A DNA stretch of 64,000 nt from an uncultured virus (IMG/VR IMGVR_UViG_3300020048_000119) (lineage: Duplodnaviria > Heunggongvirae > Uroviricota > Caudoviricetes). The stretch is from IMG/VR virus record IMGVR_UViG_3300020048_000119, positions 1 through 64,000 of that record. One strand, written 5' to 3'. The position numbers and the translations under genes are program-made. Shown piece by piece: positions 56,020-64,000 of the stretch (positions are counted from its first letter, which is position 1; every line of letters starts with the position of its first letter). The notes under the pieces were generated by a model that did not search any database, was not told where the DNA came from, and saw nothing but the letters and a program-made list of their open reading frames with translations.

Positions 56020-58960
56020 TATTCGAAAACTTCTGTCTGCGAACTTCGTTTATCTCCGCATCAGATGGTGGCTGCAGCAATAGGTGTTCTATAAAAGCAA
56101 GTCCCATTGGCGTTCTTTTATAATCTTGGCCTGCTTTTTCTACTACTGAATTGCTAATAAGGAAATGTAATAACGCCTTTAGTTCGTCTCTGTCTAAACC
56201 TGTTGCATCTTCAAGTGTGTTTCTACTGAAGTACGGCATCTGATACATCGCTCTTACAACTTCCATCAGCTCTCGTGTATTAAACGGAATACTGATAAAC
56301 GCTTTACGTAGACGCATCATTGCTCCATCAGTAGTATCACTATTCTCAAAATCATCAGTAGACAGTCTGTCATACCCTAATGCTTTACTGTCATAGATTT
56401 CATTCAAATAAGTGACTACAAATTCTACATGCTCTTTCTCTACCATAACACTTGTGCCATCATCAGTAGAATATACACAGGCGGCTGTTGCTATTGCTAA
56501 GCGTGCAATCTTTAGACGCTGGTCAGCTGGCTCAACTAGTGGTACACGGCTCGAGTATTTTTTGCCCATAGTGCCTGCAGCAACAAGTATTGCATCTATT
56601 GCCTCTTGTGAAAAGTTAATGTTATTTGGCCGTCTAGACCAGGCCCACATAACTCGAAGTCTGCATAAGTCTGAGTTATATATGTGCGGTACATCAGGCA
56701 TATCTTTTATGCTTTTGTTAACCATCGCTGTATCAACTTCACCTGATGCTACACCCACTGCAAAGTCTAGTCTTCGTACATCTTCAGCTTTACCAAAGAG
56801 TTTAAGAATAGACATTACACCATATGTTTCAGCTTTTAGCTGCCTACCATTACGTGGATTAGATATGAAAATCATTCGTGTTCTTGATGTGGTTTCAGCA
56901 CTTACTACACCAGTAGCTTTAGCTATTCCACTTGAACGTACGTCTGACATTTTTGCGAGGTCGTCTTCTGACATTCCAGATAATTCATCTACTGCTAGAA
57001 GACCACCATCATTTAATGGCATTGCACCCCACATCAGCGACCACTGACCTTTAGAGCCTGATTGCTGTATGTTGTATACAAGGCCTGTACGCTTTGCGGA
57101 TTCTCCTGAGAGTAATTCACCACACCTGTAGTGTCCCATAAGACGCTCTACTATTGTGGTTTTTGCCTGACCAGAGTCGCCCATTATTAGGCACTCACCC
57201 CAACCGCGCTTTACGAACTGCTCTTGAAAATTAAAATTTAGAACAGTATGAAAAACTAGATCGACAGCAAACGCAACTTTCTTACGGTCCCAGATGTATG
57301 TGACATTACGCTCTAAGTCGTTATGAATCTCTTCAAACTTCTGTAAAACGGTTTGCCCTGGTTTAACCTTAAAAGCGCTTAGCTGATCATGTATCTCAGG
57401 TGTAACCTCTAACTCATCAAGTATGTCTTTCTCAGGTACAGCATCGTCGAACACATAAGTAGAACGCTGCGTATTTGGATTAGCATGCATGTAACCTACT
57501 AAAGTATACCGCTTATTAGTAGGCATATTCGTTGATATAATATATCCGCTTCTTGCTACATATTCATGCCTAGCAGCGAAACCAAAATTAGCATCCGCTT
57601 TAGGTATCATATGTATTACTTCAAGATTACCATGTTCTTTGACGTCAAAGTTTGCTTGGCTACATTTGCTGTTTATACCGCATAACCGTTTAACTATACC
57701 CATCTGAACATCGTCGGGACAATCAACCATTTTTAATAGCGTATTATTATCAGCTGTGAAGTTAATGCTGGCTGACTTTTTGAGTAATAAAGAACAGGCT
57801 TGACACATCTTTGCTTCTTCACTCGCATCCGCACATGTAACTACTACATTCTTTGGATAGATAAAAGGAGCATTTTCTTTACCTGCAACTAAAACTGGAA
57901 TTTTGATGCGCTTACCTGCATACTTTGCATTTGATGATTGTGCAAGAGGAACTACTGGAACATTATCATCGACAGTAGATATGTCTACAAACAACTCTTC
58001 AAATTGCTGGGCAGTGTATTTTTCGCCCACTAGTAAATCAGTAATGTCGCCTTTCTCTCTAAACTTCTCAGGCCACCGAACAACCTTGACTTTGATACCA
58101 CGTAGGTTGTCCATCATATATGCTGCAGCGCGTCTCCCTGCTTCATCATTGTCGTAGCATATCCACACTTCTTCTTTTAGCTTAAGCAGTTTAAACCACT
58201 CATGCTTAAAGCTATTCGCACCACTTGTGGCAGTGACTGTTGGGAAACCTGCTTGCTCAGATACTAGTCTATCCCATTCACCTTCACACCAGATTATACG
58301 TTTAACAGACTCATCAAACAGATGCTCTATACCGTATAATCTACTCTCTCCATAAGCATTGCCTACTTCATCTTCGTAATTAGTCATTTTGAAGTTGTCT
58401 TCAAATGAATTCCATTTGTATCTTCGGATGTTAACCAGTTCACTAAACTCATCATATACTGGAACAGTAACTCGTTCACCATCCCATCCTATTAGAAAGC
58501 GGGCAAGCGTAGCCTCAGTGAGACCACGCTTATCGCTTAATATCTCTTTGACGATGTTAGTAGTTGTACCTAGGGCTGCATGCCATTTTATAGGCAGCGC
58601 TGGGTCTATAGCAGGTCTACTATCTTCATCATCAGGTCTTGGTATTTCTAAGGCATCACCCAAAATATGCCAGGTGTCTGCCTTAGATGTCTTGTGTACC
58701 AAAGAGTAGAATGTGTGTATGTTCCCCTTTGAATTGCAGGCATTACAGTAGTATACACCGCGCTCAAGGTTAACTGTAAAAGATGGATTCTTGTCTTTAC
58801 CGCTTGTATGTAGATGATTAAAAGGACACTGGGCTTTCAGTTCATATCCATGTCGCTGTGCGTCTAAGCCTAGGGCTTTAAGCTCGTCGGTATAAAAGAC
58901 TTCATTATCGACTGAACTGAGGATCTTGTTCCTATAATCTTTCCATTTAATGCGGATCAC
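56009..58960 (-). CDS. Primase-helicase fusion: CHC2 Zn finger, Toprim and MCM-like AAA+ helicase
   Basis: CPF..H...D.NPSF...C..C; EGEWD and YDNDEAG; GDSGQAKT, W.L.WGA.PLNDGGLLAVDE, ISNP and RRLD. Confidence 0.88.
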   Translation of the reverse strand: MIRIKWKDYRNKILSSVDNEVFYTDELKALGLDAQRHGYELKAQCPFNHLHTSGKDKNPSFTVNLERGVYYCNACNSKGNIHTFYSLVHKTSKADTWHILGDALEIPRPDDEDSRPAIDPALPIKWHAALGTTTNIVKEILSDKRGLTEATLARFLIGWDGERVTVPVYDEFSELVNIRRYKWNSFEDNFKMTNYEDEVGNAYGESRLYGIEHLFDESVKRIIWCEGEWDRLVSEQAGFPTVTATSGANSFKHEWFKLLKLKEEVWICYDNDEAGRRAAAYMMDNLRGIKVKVVRWPEKFREKGDITDLLVGEKYTAQQFEELFVDISTVDDNVPVVPLAQSSNAKYAGKRIKIPVLVAGKENAPFIYPKNVVVTCADASEEAKMCQACSLLLKKSASINFTADNNTLLKMVDCPDDVQMGIVKRLCGINSKCSQANFDVKEHGNLEVIHMIPKADANFGFAARHEYVARSGYIISTNMPTNKRYTLVGYMHANPNTQRSTYVFDDAVPEKDILDELEVTPEIHDQLSAFKVKPGQTVLQKFEEIHNDLERNVTYIWDRKKVAFAVDLVFHTVLNFNFQEQFVKRGWGECLIMGDSGQAKTTIVERLMGHYRCGELLSGESAKRTGLVYNIQQSGSKGQWSLMWGAMPLNDGGLLAVDELSGMSEDDLAKMSDVRSSGIAKATGVVSAETTSRTRMIFISNPRNGRQLKAETYGVMSILKLFGKAEDVRRLDFAVGVASGEVDTAMVNKSIKDMPDVPHIYNSDLCRLRVMWAWSRRPNNINFSQEAIDAILVAAGTMGKKYSSRVPLVEPADQRLKIARLAIATAACVYSTDDGTSVMVEKEHVEFVVTYLNEIYDSKALGYDRLSTDDFENSDTTDGAMMRLRKAFISIPFNTRELMEVVRAMYQMPYFSRNTLEDATGLDRDELKALLHFLISNSVVEKAGQDYKRTPMGLAFIEHLLLQPPSDAEINEVRRQKFSNSEV

Positions 58961-58988
58961 CCTCTCGTCAATAGATTAGAGATAGCTA

Positions 58989-59726
58989 CTAGACTTCGTC
59001 AGACATTACCTGGGCTGAATCTTTAGTGGCTACATCTTCATAGTCAGCATTAACGGAGGTTTTTTCATACAGCTTGAATAACTCTGTTGCCATCAGTTTT
59101 GTTTCATCAGATACTTCTTTAGCCGAGAGGGTTGGTGTAATGATGTACCAGACGTTCTTATCCTTTGTTACTTTGGTGCCTTTTAAACTGTAGCCATAGG
59201 CCCATAGGCTTTTACGAAGACTCTTAGCTATGCTTAACATCTTCTTGCCTTCGTTATAGTTAGTCTTAGCAAAGCTAAGAACTGCAGGCATCATGTCTGT
59301 TTCTACAAACCCTAAGAAGTTAAGATAAGCTGTGCATAATGGTTGAGCTTCTTTACCAGTCTTTGTATTATCAAACTGGTTCATTTTGCATTGCGCACAT
59401 ACAAGCGTATCACCATCATGTGTTGTACCTATTCTACCGTCTCTTGAGAAACACATAATCCTGGGCTCTGCATTACGATCAGCATTCCATCTAATGTTTG
59501 AGTAGTACTGCTTGATAGCTATGAATAAATCATCCGCTTCAATTTTTTCTTTTGTCAAAGAGTTAATCACATCACCCTCTGCTGCGAGGCCTTCAATTCT
59601 TTCAGGAGATAAAGCGTTGACTACCTTAATTCTAGGAATTACGATGTCTTCTTGCCTTGACTCTTCAAAACCATGAATCTCCTCTGGTACCTGTACTTGA
59701 TTGTTTTTCAGTAGTTCGTTTGACAT
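58989..59726 (-). CDS. Putative ssDNA-binding/annealing protein
   Basis: Replication context; GFEE...DI.IPRIK..ALSP; acidic C-terminal tail. Confidence 0.5.
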   Translation of the reverse strand: MSNELLKNNQVQVPEEIHGFEESRQEDIVIPRIKVVNALSPERIEGLAAEGDVINSLTKEKIEADDLFIAIKQYYSNIRWNADRNAEPRIMCFSRDGRIGTTHDGDTLVCAQCKMNQFDNTKTGKEAQPLCTAYLNFLGFVETDMMPAVLSFAKTNYNEGKKMLSIAKSLRKSLWAYGYSLKGTKVTKDKNVWYIITPTLSAKEVSDETKLMATELFKLYEKTSVNADYEDVATKDSAQVMSDEV

Positions 59727-59745
59727 GTTTGTTTCTCCTTTTCAA

Positions 59746-60417
59746 TTATTGTTGGTTAGACCCAACCTCAGCATTATATAAGTTAACAATATAGTAGGCT
59801 AGTAAGTCAGCCACTGTATTGTTGACAACCCATTCGCGAGCCACTTCCATTGGTAAAACGTCTTTGTCGTGATCTCGCCGTTCACGATTAAACTTATCTA
59901 CTATGCAGACTGTATTAGCGGGTATGCTGGCCATAGTCATTACTTGGTCGTATAGTTGTATGCCCATTATATCCGCCTGTATTGCCTTCTTAGCATTGCC
60001 TGGTGTATAGCTCATAAGATGGCCTTTAGTCCACTGCATGTAGACCTTCTCTTTACCTATGCGCTCAAGCAGCAAACAAGCTACTTTCCATAGGTCTGCA
60101 TTCTTTGCATCTTCGCCACTGCCGTTCTTCCAGTTAGCGTCACGCCATTTGAAGCACCATTCAAGCATCACAGTGTTATAGAGATACTCAGAGTCTGTTA
60201 TGATGATAACATCCTCGCCATCTTCTAGTTGTGTAGTAGACGCTTCTTTTAACGCAAGCAGCAGACCAAAGATTTCGCCACGCTGGCTTGTAGAGTTATT
60301 ATCAATATGGGACTTGTAGTACATGTTGCCATCATTAGTTTGTATCCAAGCAACACCAGCAGCTATACAGTCAGGTGAACCATTTCTTTTACAGGCGCCA
60401 TCTACGGCTATTAGCAT
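59746..60417 (-). CDS. Ribonuclease HI
   Basis: VDGAC..NG, T.QRGE, TDSEY, KNADLW, W.KGH and N..AD.LA. Confidence 0.9.
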   Translation of the reverse strand: MLIAVDGACKRNGSPDCIAAGVAWIQTNDGNMYYKSHIDNNSTSQRGEIFGLLLALKEASTTQLEDGEDVIIITDSEYLYNTVMLEWCFKWRDANWKNGSGEDAKNADLWKVACLLLERIGKEKVYMQWTKGHLMSYTPGNAKKAIQADIMGIQLYDQVMTMASIPANTVCIVDKFNRERRDHDKDVLPMEVAREWVVNNTVADLLAYYIVNLYNAEVGSNQQ

Positions 60418-61760
60418 TACTCTTCACCTACTATTCTTTTGAATATTGGGCAGTTAAGACTGTATCCGCCTTGTGCATTTCTGCTCTCACCAAAACAGTC
60501 TATCTCAACCATCTTGCCTATGATGAGCTCAGGAGCATTCCAGTACATATCTCTCATGTAGTCTGCAAACCCTGATCCAACCTTTACAAAGTAGGTAACA
60601 CCGTTGCTAGGTTTGTATGCAACCTCGATTGCGCCAAGTGTTCCAGTGTATTTATTATCGCCTTCATGAATGTTAACGCATTCGCATTTGATCTCTTTGG
60701 TCGCTTTAATCTTCAGCAGTGTTTTCCTTGGATTTGGATTTACTTCATACGCTGATTGATACTCTACTAACATTAATCCTTCACCACCAGTATCCCAGAT
60801 AGGCTGCGCAAGGGCCAGAGCCATTTCATGACTTTCGATAAGTCCTAAGATAGGCAGCACCTTAATAAACGTCGTTTCTACTGTCTCATAGCCTTCTGCG
60901 AACTTAAGTAGACTTGGCATGTTAAACGCATAGGTTAAATAGTCCATAGACAGTTGATCACCAAACGTTTTAGCCAGCATCATCTTCCTACCCAATGCTC
61001 CAAATTTTGATCGGCCCGCAGCATACTCTGCTATAGGCAACATATCAAACACCATTGCACAGGCTCCATGCCTTTTACCTTTTGAGTTTAGAATAGACGC
61101 AGATGCTTGACGTAACTCAATGCTATCAGCAAAGTCACCTATAGCAATACACTCCGTATCATAGACATAACCTACTGGTAACTTCTTTGCATCTTCTTCA
61201 ATCTGAAATAACCCGCTATCACGTTTACCTGACCTGGTATATATCTCTACGCCGTCAGGGTGTGTAAAGATTAATCTACGATTGCCGTCAATCTTTTCTG
61301 TCGCAATGTAGTAACCCTTCATGTTAGTGGGAGCAAGCATTCCTCGCATAATTCCGATCTTAGGTATAAAGTCTTCACCAAACACTTTGTTAAGTGTTGT
61401 AACATTTACACCTATCTGAAGATCGTTTGTTACCATGCCAGTAGCGAGCCATTCAGCCTCAACTGTTTCTTGTTGTTCAACGAAAGTATTCGCCATCATA
61501 GCAACAACATCAGTACCGGTGTTGTTTACCAGTAGATACTCCATTATTGACTCGGCTGTAACTACCTTATCATATGAACCGCATCTTTCTAATTTTTTCA
61601 TTTTCAAACCCGTATGCGAATATGGATTGAAAATAAAGTGCAGAATAGACTTAAAGCCCTCTACTTCTGCATACTTACGTAGTAGTCGCTCTTTTTCAAG
61701 TGAACTTGAAGTTCTTGCAATATCTGCAATAGCTTCAGACACTTCAAACATGTTGATCAA
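60417..61760 (-). CDS. ATP-dependent DNA ligase
   Basis: EKIDGNR, EGLML, LLKIK and OB-domain VGSGF. Confidence 0.93.
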   Translation of the reverse strand: MINMFEVSEAIADIARTSSSLEKERLLRKYAEVEGFKSILHFIFNPYSHTGLKMKKLERCGSYDKVVTAESIMEYLLVNNTGTDVVAMMANTFVEQQETVEAEWLATGMVTNDLQIGVNVTTLNKVFGEDFIPKIGIMRGMLAPTNMKGYYIATEKIDGNRRLIFTHPDGVEIYTRSGKRDSGLFQIEEDAKKLPVGYVYDTECIAIGDFADSIELRQASASILNSKGKRHGACAMVFDMLPIAEYAAGRSKFGALGRKMMLAKTFGDQLSMDYLTYAFNMPSLLKFAEGYETVETTFIKVLPILGLIESHEMALALAQPIWDTGGEGLMLVEYQSAYEVNPNPRKTLLKIKATKEIKCECVNIHEGDNKYTGTLGAIEVAYKPSNGVTYFVKVGSGFADYMRDMYWNAPELIIGKMVEIDCFGESRNAQGGYSLNCPIFKRIVGEE

Positions 61761-61775
61761 TTTAGTCTCCCCTTT

Positions 61776-62315
61776 CTATAGATATTTAGACAGGTATGCC
61801 CTAAAGCTGCACTGCACTCTACTTACATAGGATGGGCTAGTTTTGCATATCTTTGCTATGTTTGTTGCATTCATTTCAAAGTCTGCAGCAAACCATACCA
61901 GTAATACACTCCTAGCTACTGTGTGCATAATTTTAGGACTGTTAACATATGTATCAAAGTGATGGTGTATAATCTCTGCCGTATCTTGGCTGACTATCTC
62001 ATCACATATGAACAAAGTATTGGCTGAAGATATTTCTACTAATGTGAAAACATTTCGCTTTGCAGCAGCTCGTTCTCGTAGTAAGTCGTTTAGCCTATTT
62101 TTAAGGACAGTACAAGCGTAGTTTGCGAAGGGTACTGACGAAAAAACATCGAATGTCTCGACAGCATCCCACAATGCCTGGAAAGCAGCACTCTCTGCAT
62201 CCTGATCATCCAGTAGATTCATGTTATGCAGCATGTAATAGACTAGCTTGTGGTGCTTATTTATTAGCTGGTTCACATCATCCTGAGTTTTGTCACGCTT
62301 GTAAATTAGGTCCAT
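61776..62315 (-). CDS. Sigma-70 family sigma factor
   Basis: Region 2 (KLVY...D........LW.AVETFD....PF..YA.....N...D..R) and a region 4 HTH (IAKI...SPSYVSRV). Confidence 0.85.
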   Translation of the reverse strand: MDLIYKRDKTQDDVNQLINKHHKLVYYMLHNMNLLDDQDAESAAFQALWDAVETFDVFSSVPFANYACTVLKNRLNDLLRERAAAKRNVFTLVEISSANTLFICDEIVSQDTAEIIHHHFDTYVNSPKIMHTVARSVLLVWFAADFEMNATNIAKICKTSPSYVSRVQCSFRAYLSKYL

Positions 62316-62656
62316 TACTCTTCCTCCATAAATATAGCTTCCTTAACCTGTTGGAGTGTCTGGCAAATACATGCAATACCGCCGCAGTTAGTTATCTTTA
62401 ATAGTTCCTGTATTTGTAGTGCTGATGCTCTGCCTGTATCGTCCTTGCACTCTATGGCAATAAATCTACCTTTGTAGCAGATTAGCCAATCAGGCTTACC
62501 TGACTCTGAATCATCTCGTAAACGCTGAAACCACAGATTAGGAACTAACTCAAGAAACAGTTTAGTCTTTTTCATAAGTTCCTGTTCTGTCGGATATTTT
62601 TGGTTCATGTCAAAGTACATACAAATTCTATTCAGTACTTCTTTTTCCTTCATCAT
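62315..62656 (-). CDS. VRR-NUC domain nuclease
   Basis: G.PD......GRFIAIECK...G..S.LQ. Confidence 0.88.
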   Translation of the reverse strand: MMKEKEVLNRICMYFDMNQKYPTEQELMKKTKLFLELVPNLWFQRLRDDSESGKPDWLICYKGRFIAIECKDDTGRASALQIQELLKITNCGGIACICQTLQQVKEAIFMEEE

Positions 62657-64000
62657 TCCAGTGCCTCTGCTTTCAAATGCTCAAAGAGCCCGTACGATGC
62701 ATCTCGTTTACCGCTTACGTTTTTGTAGATCATTTCATCTACTGTGTCTTTTGCTATCATAACGTAGTAGTTGCATTCATGTGGCTGTACTGAGATATGT
62801 CCAGCTATGCGCTCTGAAGATTGCTTGAGGGCTTCCCAAGAGTCTGTACAGCTGAAGTATATTGCATTATACGCTTCTACTAAGTTTATTCCCATACCTA
62901 CTGATAGTGGATGACATACTAAATGCTTAACTGTGCCTGCTTTAAAAGCGGCTATAGAATCTTGTTTATATTCCAGTGATGTACCACCTCTAAGATAACG
63001 AGCGCTCTGGCCAAAGAACTTTTCTAGCATTACAAACTCTGCTTTGTAGTTGGCCCAGACTATTAGCTTCTTGTCTTCGCCAATTACATCAGTTATTAAT
63101 CGCTGCATCTCAACAAGTCTGTAGTCGCTTAGGTGATACACCTCAGTCCCTATTTCTTCGTAGCATAGCATACGTGCCTTCTTGTTTTCTTTTATCGCGT
63201 CTGTGTCCATCACAAACCCAGAAGTTATTTGATTAAGCTTAGCCCGTATGGCAGCGGCCATAGTGCTAGAAATGTTTGTACCTTCTATTTCTACAAGTCT
63301 ATCTTCTCGCATTCTGTTATAGATAGGCTTAAGCCCATTCTCTAGTTCAAAGTATACAGTGTGCCAGTATTTACCAGCAATAGGCATAACACTCTGATCT
63401 ACATATATGCTTCTTGTTGCAAGTATGCTATTAAACTCTTCTGCCATTTCAGGTCTTAAAACTAGTTTTTCATAGTTGTTGTTCCTGGAAGTATTCGTGA
63501 AGTATCTGTTTACAAAATGCGTCCTTGCACTTGGAAAGCAGTATGGGTCTATAGTTTTCATTTGTGTATAATATTCAGACTCATTATTGGGTGCTGGTGT
63601 TGCTGACAGCAAATACCAACGAGGTATCGTCAGAGATAGATCAAGAGCAGCGTCACTTATCTTTGCTTTATGGCTTTTGATCTTGGAAGACTCATCAAAG
63701 AAACAGATGTCAAAGTTAGTGGCTAACAGTACTTCTAAGCTATCGGCCACTAGCTCTAACGACCATATTACAATGTGAGCTGGAGTGTGTATTGCTTTCC
63801 ATCTGTCTTTTCCATAATAGGCTACTACCTGTAGCTCTGGATATTTCGCAGCATCAGCGAGCCAACTCTGTATTATGCTACTAGGACAAATGACTAAGCA
63901 TCGCTTCGCTTCATTCCGCTTCAGCGCATTGTACATAATTTTCAAGGCCATCAGTGTTTTTCCGGTCCTTGTATCGTAAAAAAATCCGTACCGCTTATTT
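62653..64000 (-). CDS. SNF2-like helicase (N-terminus beyond the window)
   Basis: The frame extends to the edge and adds Walker A FYDTRTGKT; also DESS, SATP and GINL. Confidence 0.9.
   Translation of the reverse strand, partial: NKRYGFFYDTRTGKTLMALKIMYNALKRNEAKRCLVICPSSIIQSWLADAAKYPELQVVAYYGKDRWKAIHTPAHIVIWSLELVADSLEVLLATNFDICFFDESSKIKSHKAKISDAALDLSLTIPRWYLLSATPAPNNESEYYTQMKTIDPYCFPSARTHFVNRYFTNTSRNNNYEKLVLRPEMAEEFNSILATRSIYVDQSVMPIAGKYWHTVYFELENGLKPIYNRMREDRLVEIEGTNISSTMAAAIRAKLNQITSGFVMDTDAIKENKKARMLCYEEIGTEVYHLSDYRLVEMQRLITDVIGEDKKLIVWANYKAEFVMLEKFFGQSARYLRGGTSLEYKQDSIAAFKAGTVKHLVCHPLSVGMGINLVEAYNAIYFSCTDSWEALKQSSERIAGHISVQPHECNYYVMIAKDTVDEMIYKNVSGKRDASYGLFEHLKAEALE

Noticed and set aside
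1..64000. tRNA/rRNA genes, integrase or repressor, alternative genetic code
   Set aside because: No cloverleaf or rRNA sequence was recognised by eye and there is no lysogeny module in the window. Long ORFs are intact under the standard code and all three stop codons are used.

Overview
The window is part of a large tailed-phage (siphovirus-like) genome. Strong AGGAGG RBSs, an XkdF-like protease, a SleB-like hydrolase and YhaM suggest a Firmicutes host. Positions 1-32.3 kb (minus strand) hold the virion module: terminase, portal, protease/scaffold, capsid, neck, major tail protein, a frameshifted tail chaperone, a 3399-aa tape measure protein, Dit/Tal, a beta-helix spike and fibre-like genes. 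Positions 32.5-37.6 kb are a divergent plus-strand block of small, probably early, genes. Positions 38.2-64 kb (minus strand) hold small accessory genes, nucleotide metabolism and replication (PolA, primase-MCM fusion, YqaJ, RNase H, ATP-dependent ligase, sigma factor, VRR-NUC, SNF2). Four observations stand out. (1) An abutting array of gene cassettes, each enclosed by its own 25-29 bp inverted repeat whose left arm starts with an rrn boxA-like motif, an architecture resembling pre-rRNA processing stalks. (2) A PD-(D/E)XK (YqaJ/Cas4-like) nuclease motif set inside the tape measure protein. (3) A perfect 86-bp iteron-containing inverted repeat insulated between convergent terminators. (4) Two fixed-spacing phage promoter families. 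All functional calls come from motif recognition by eye; no searches were run.
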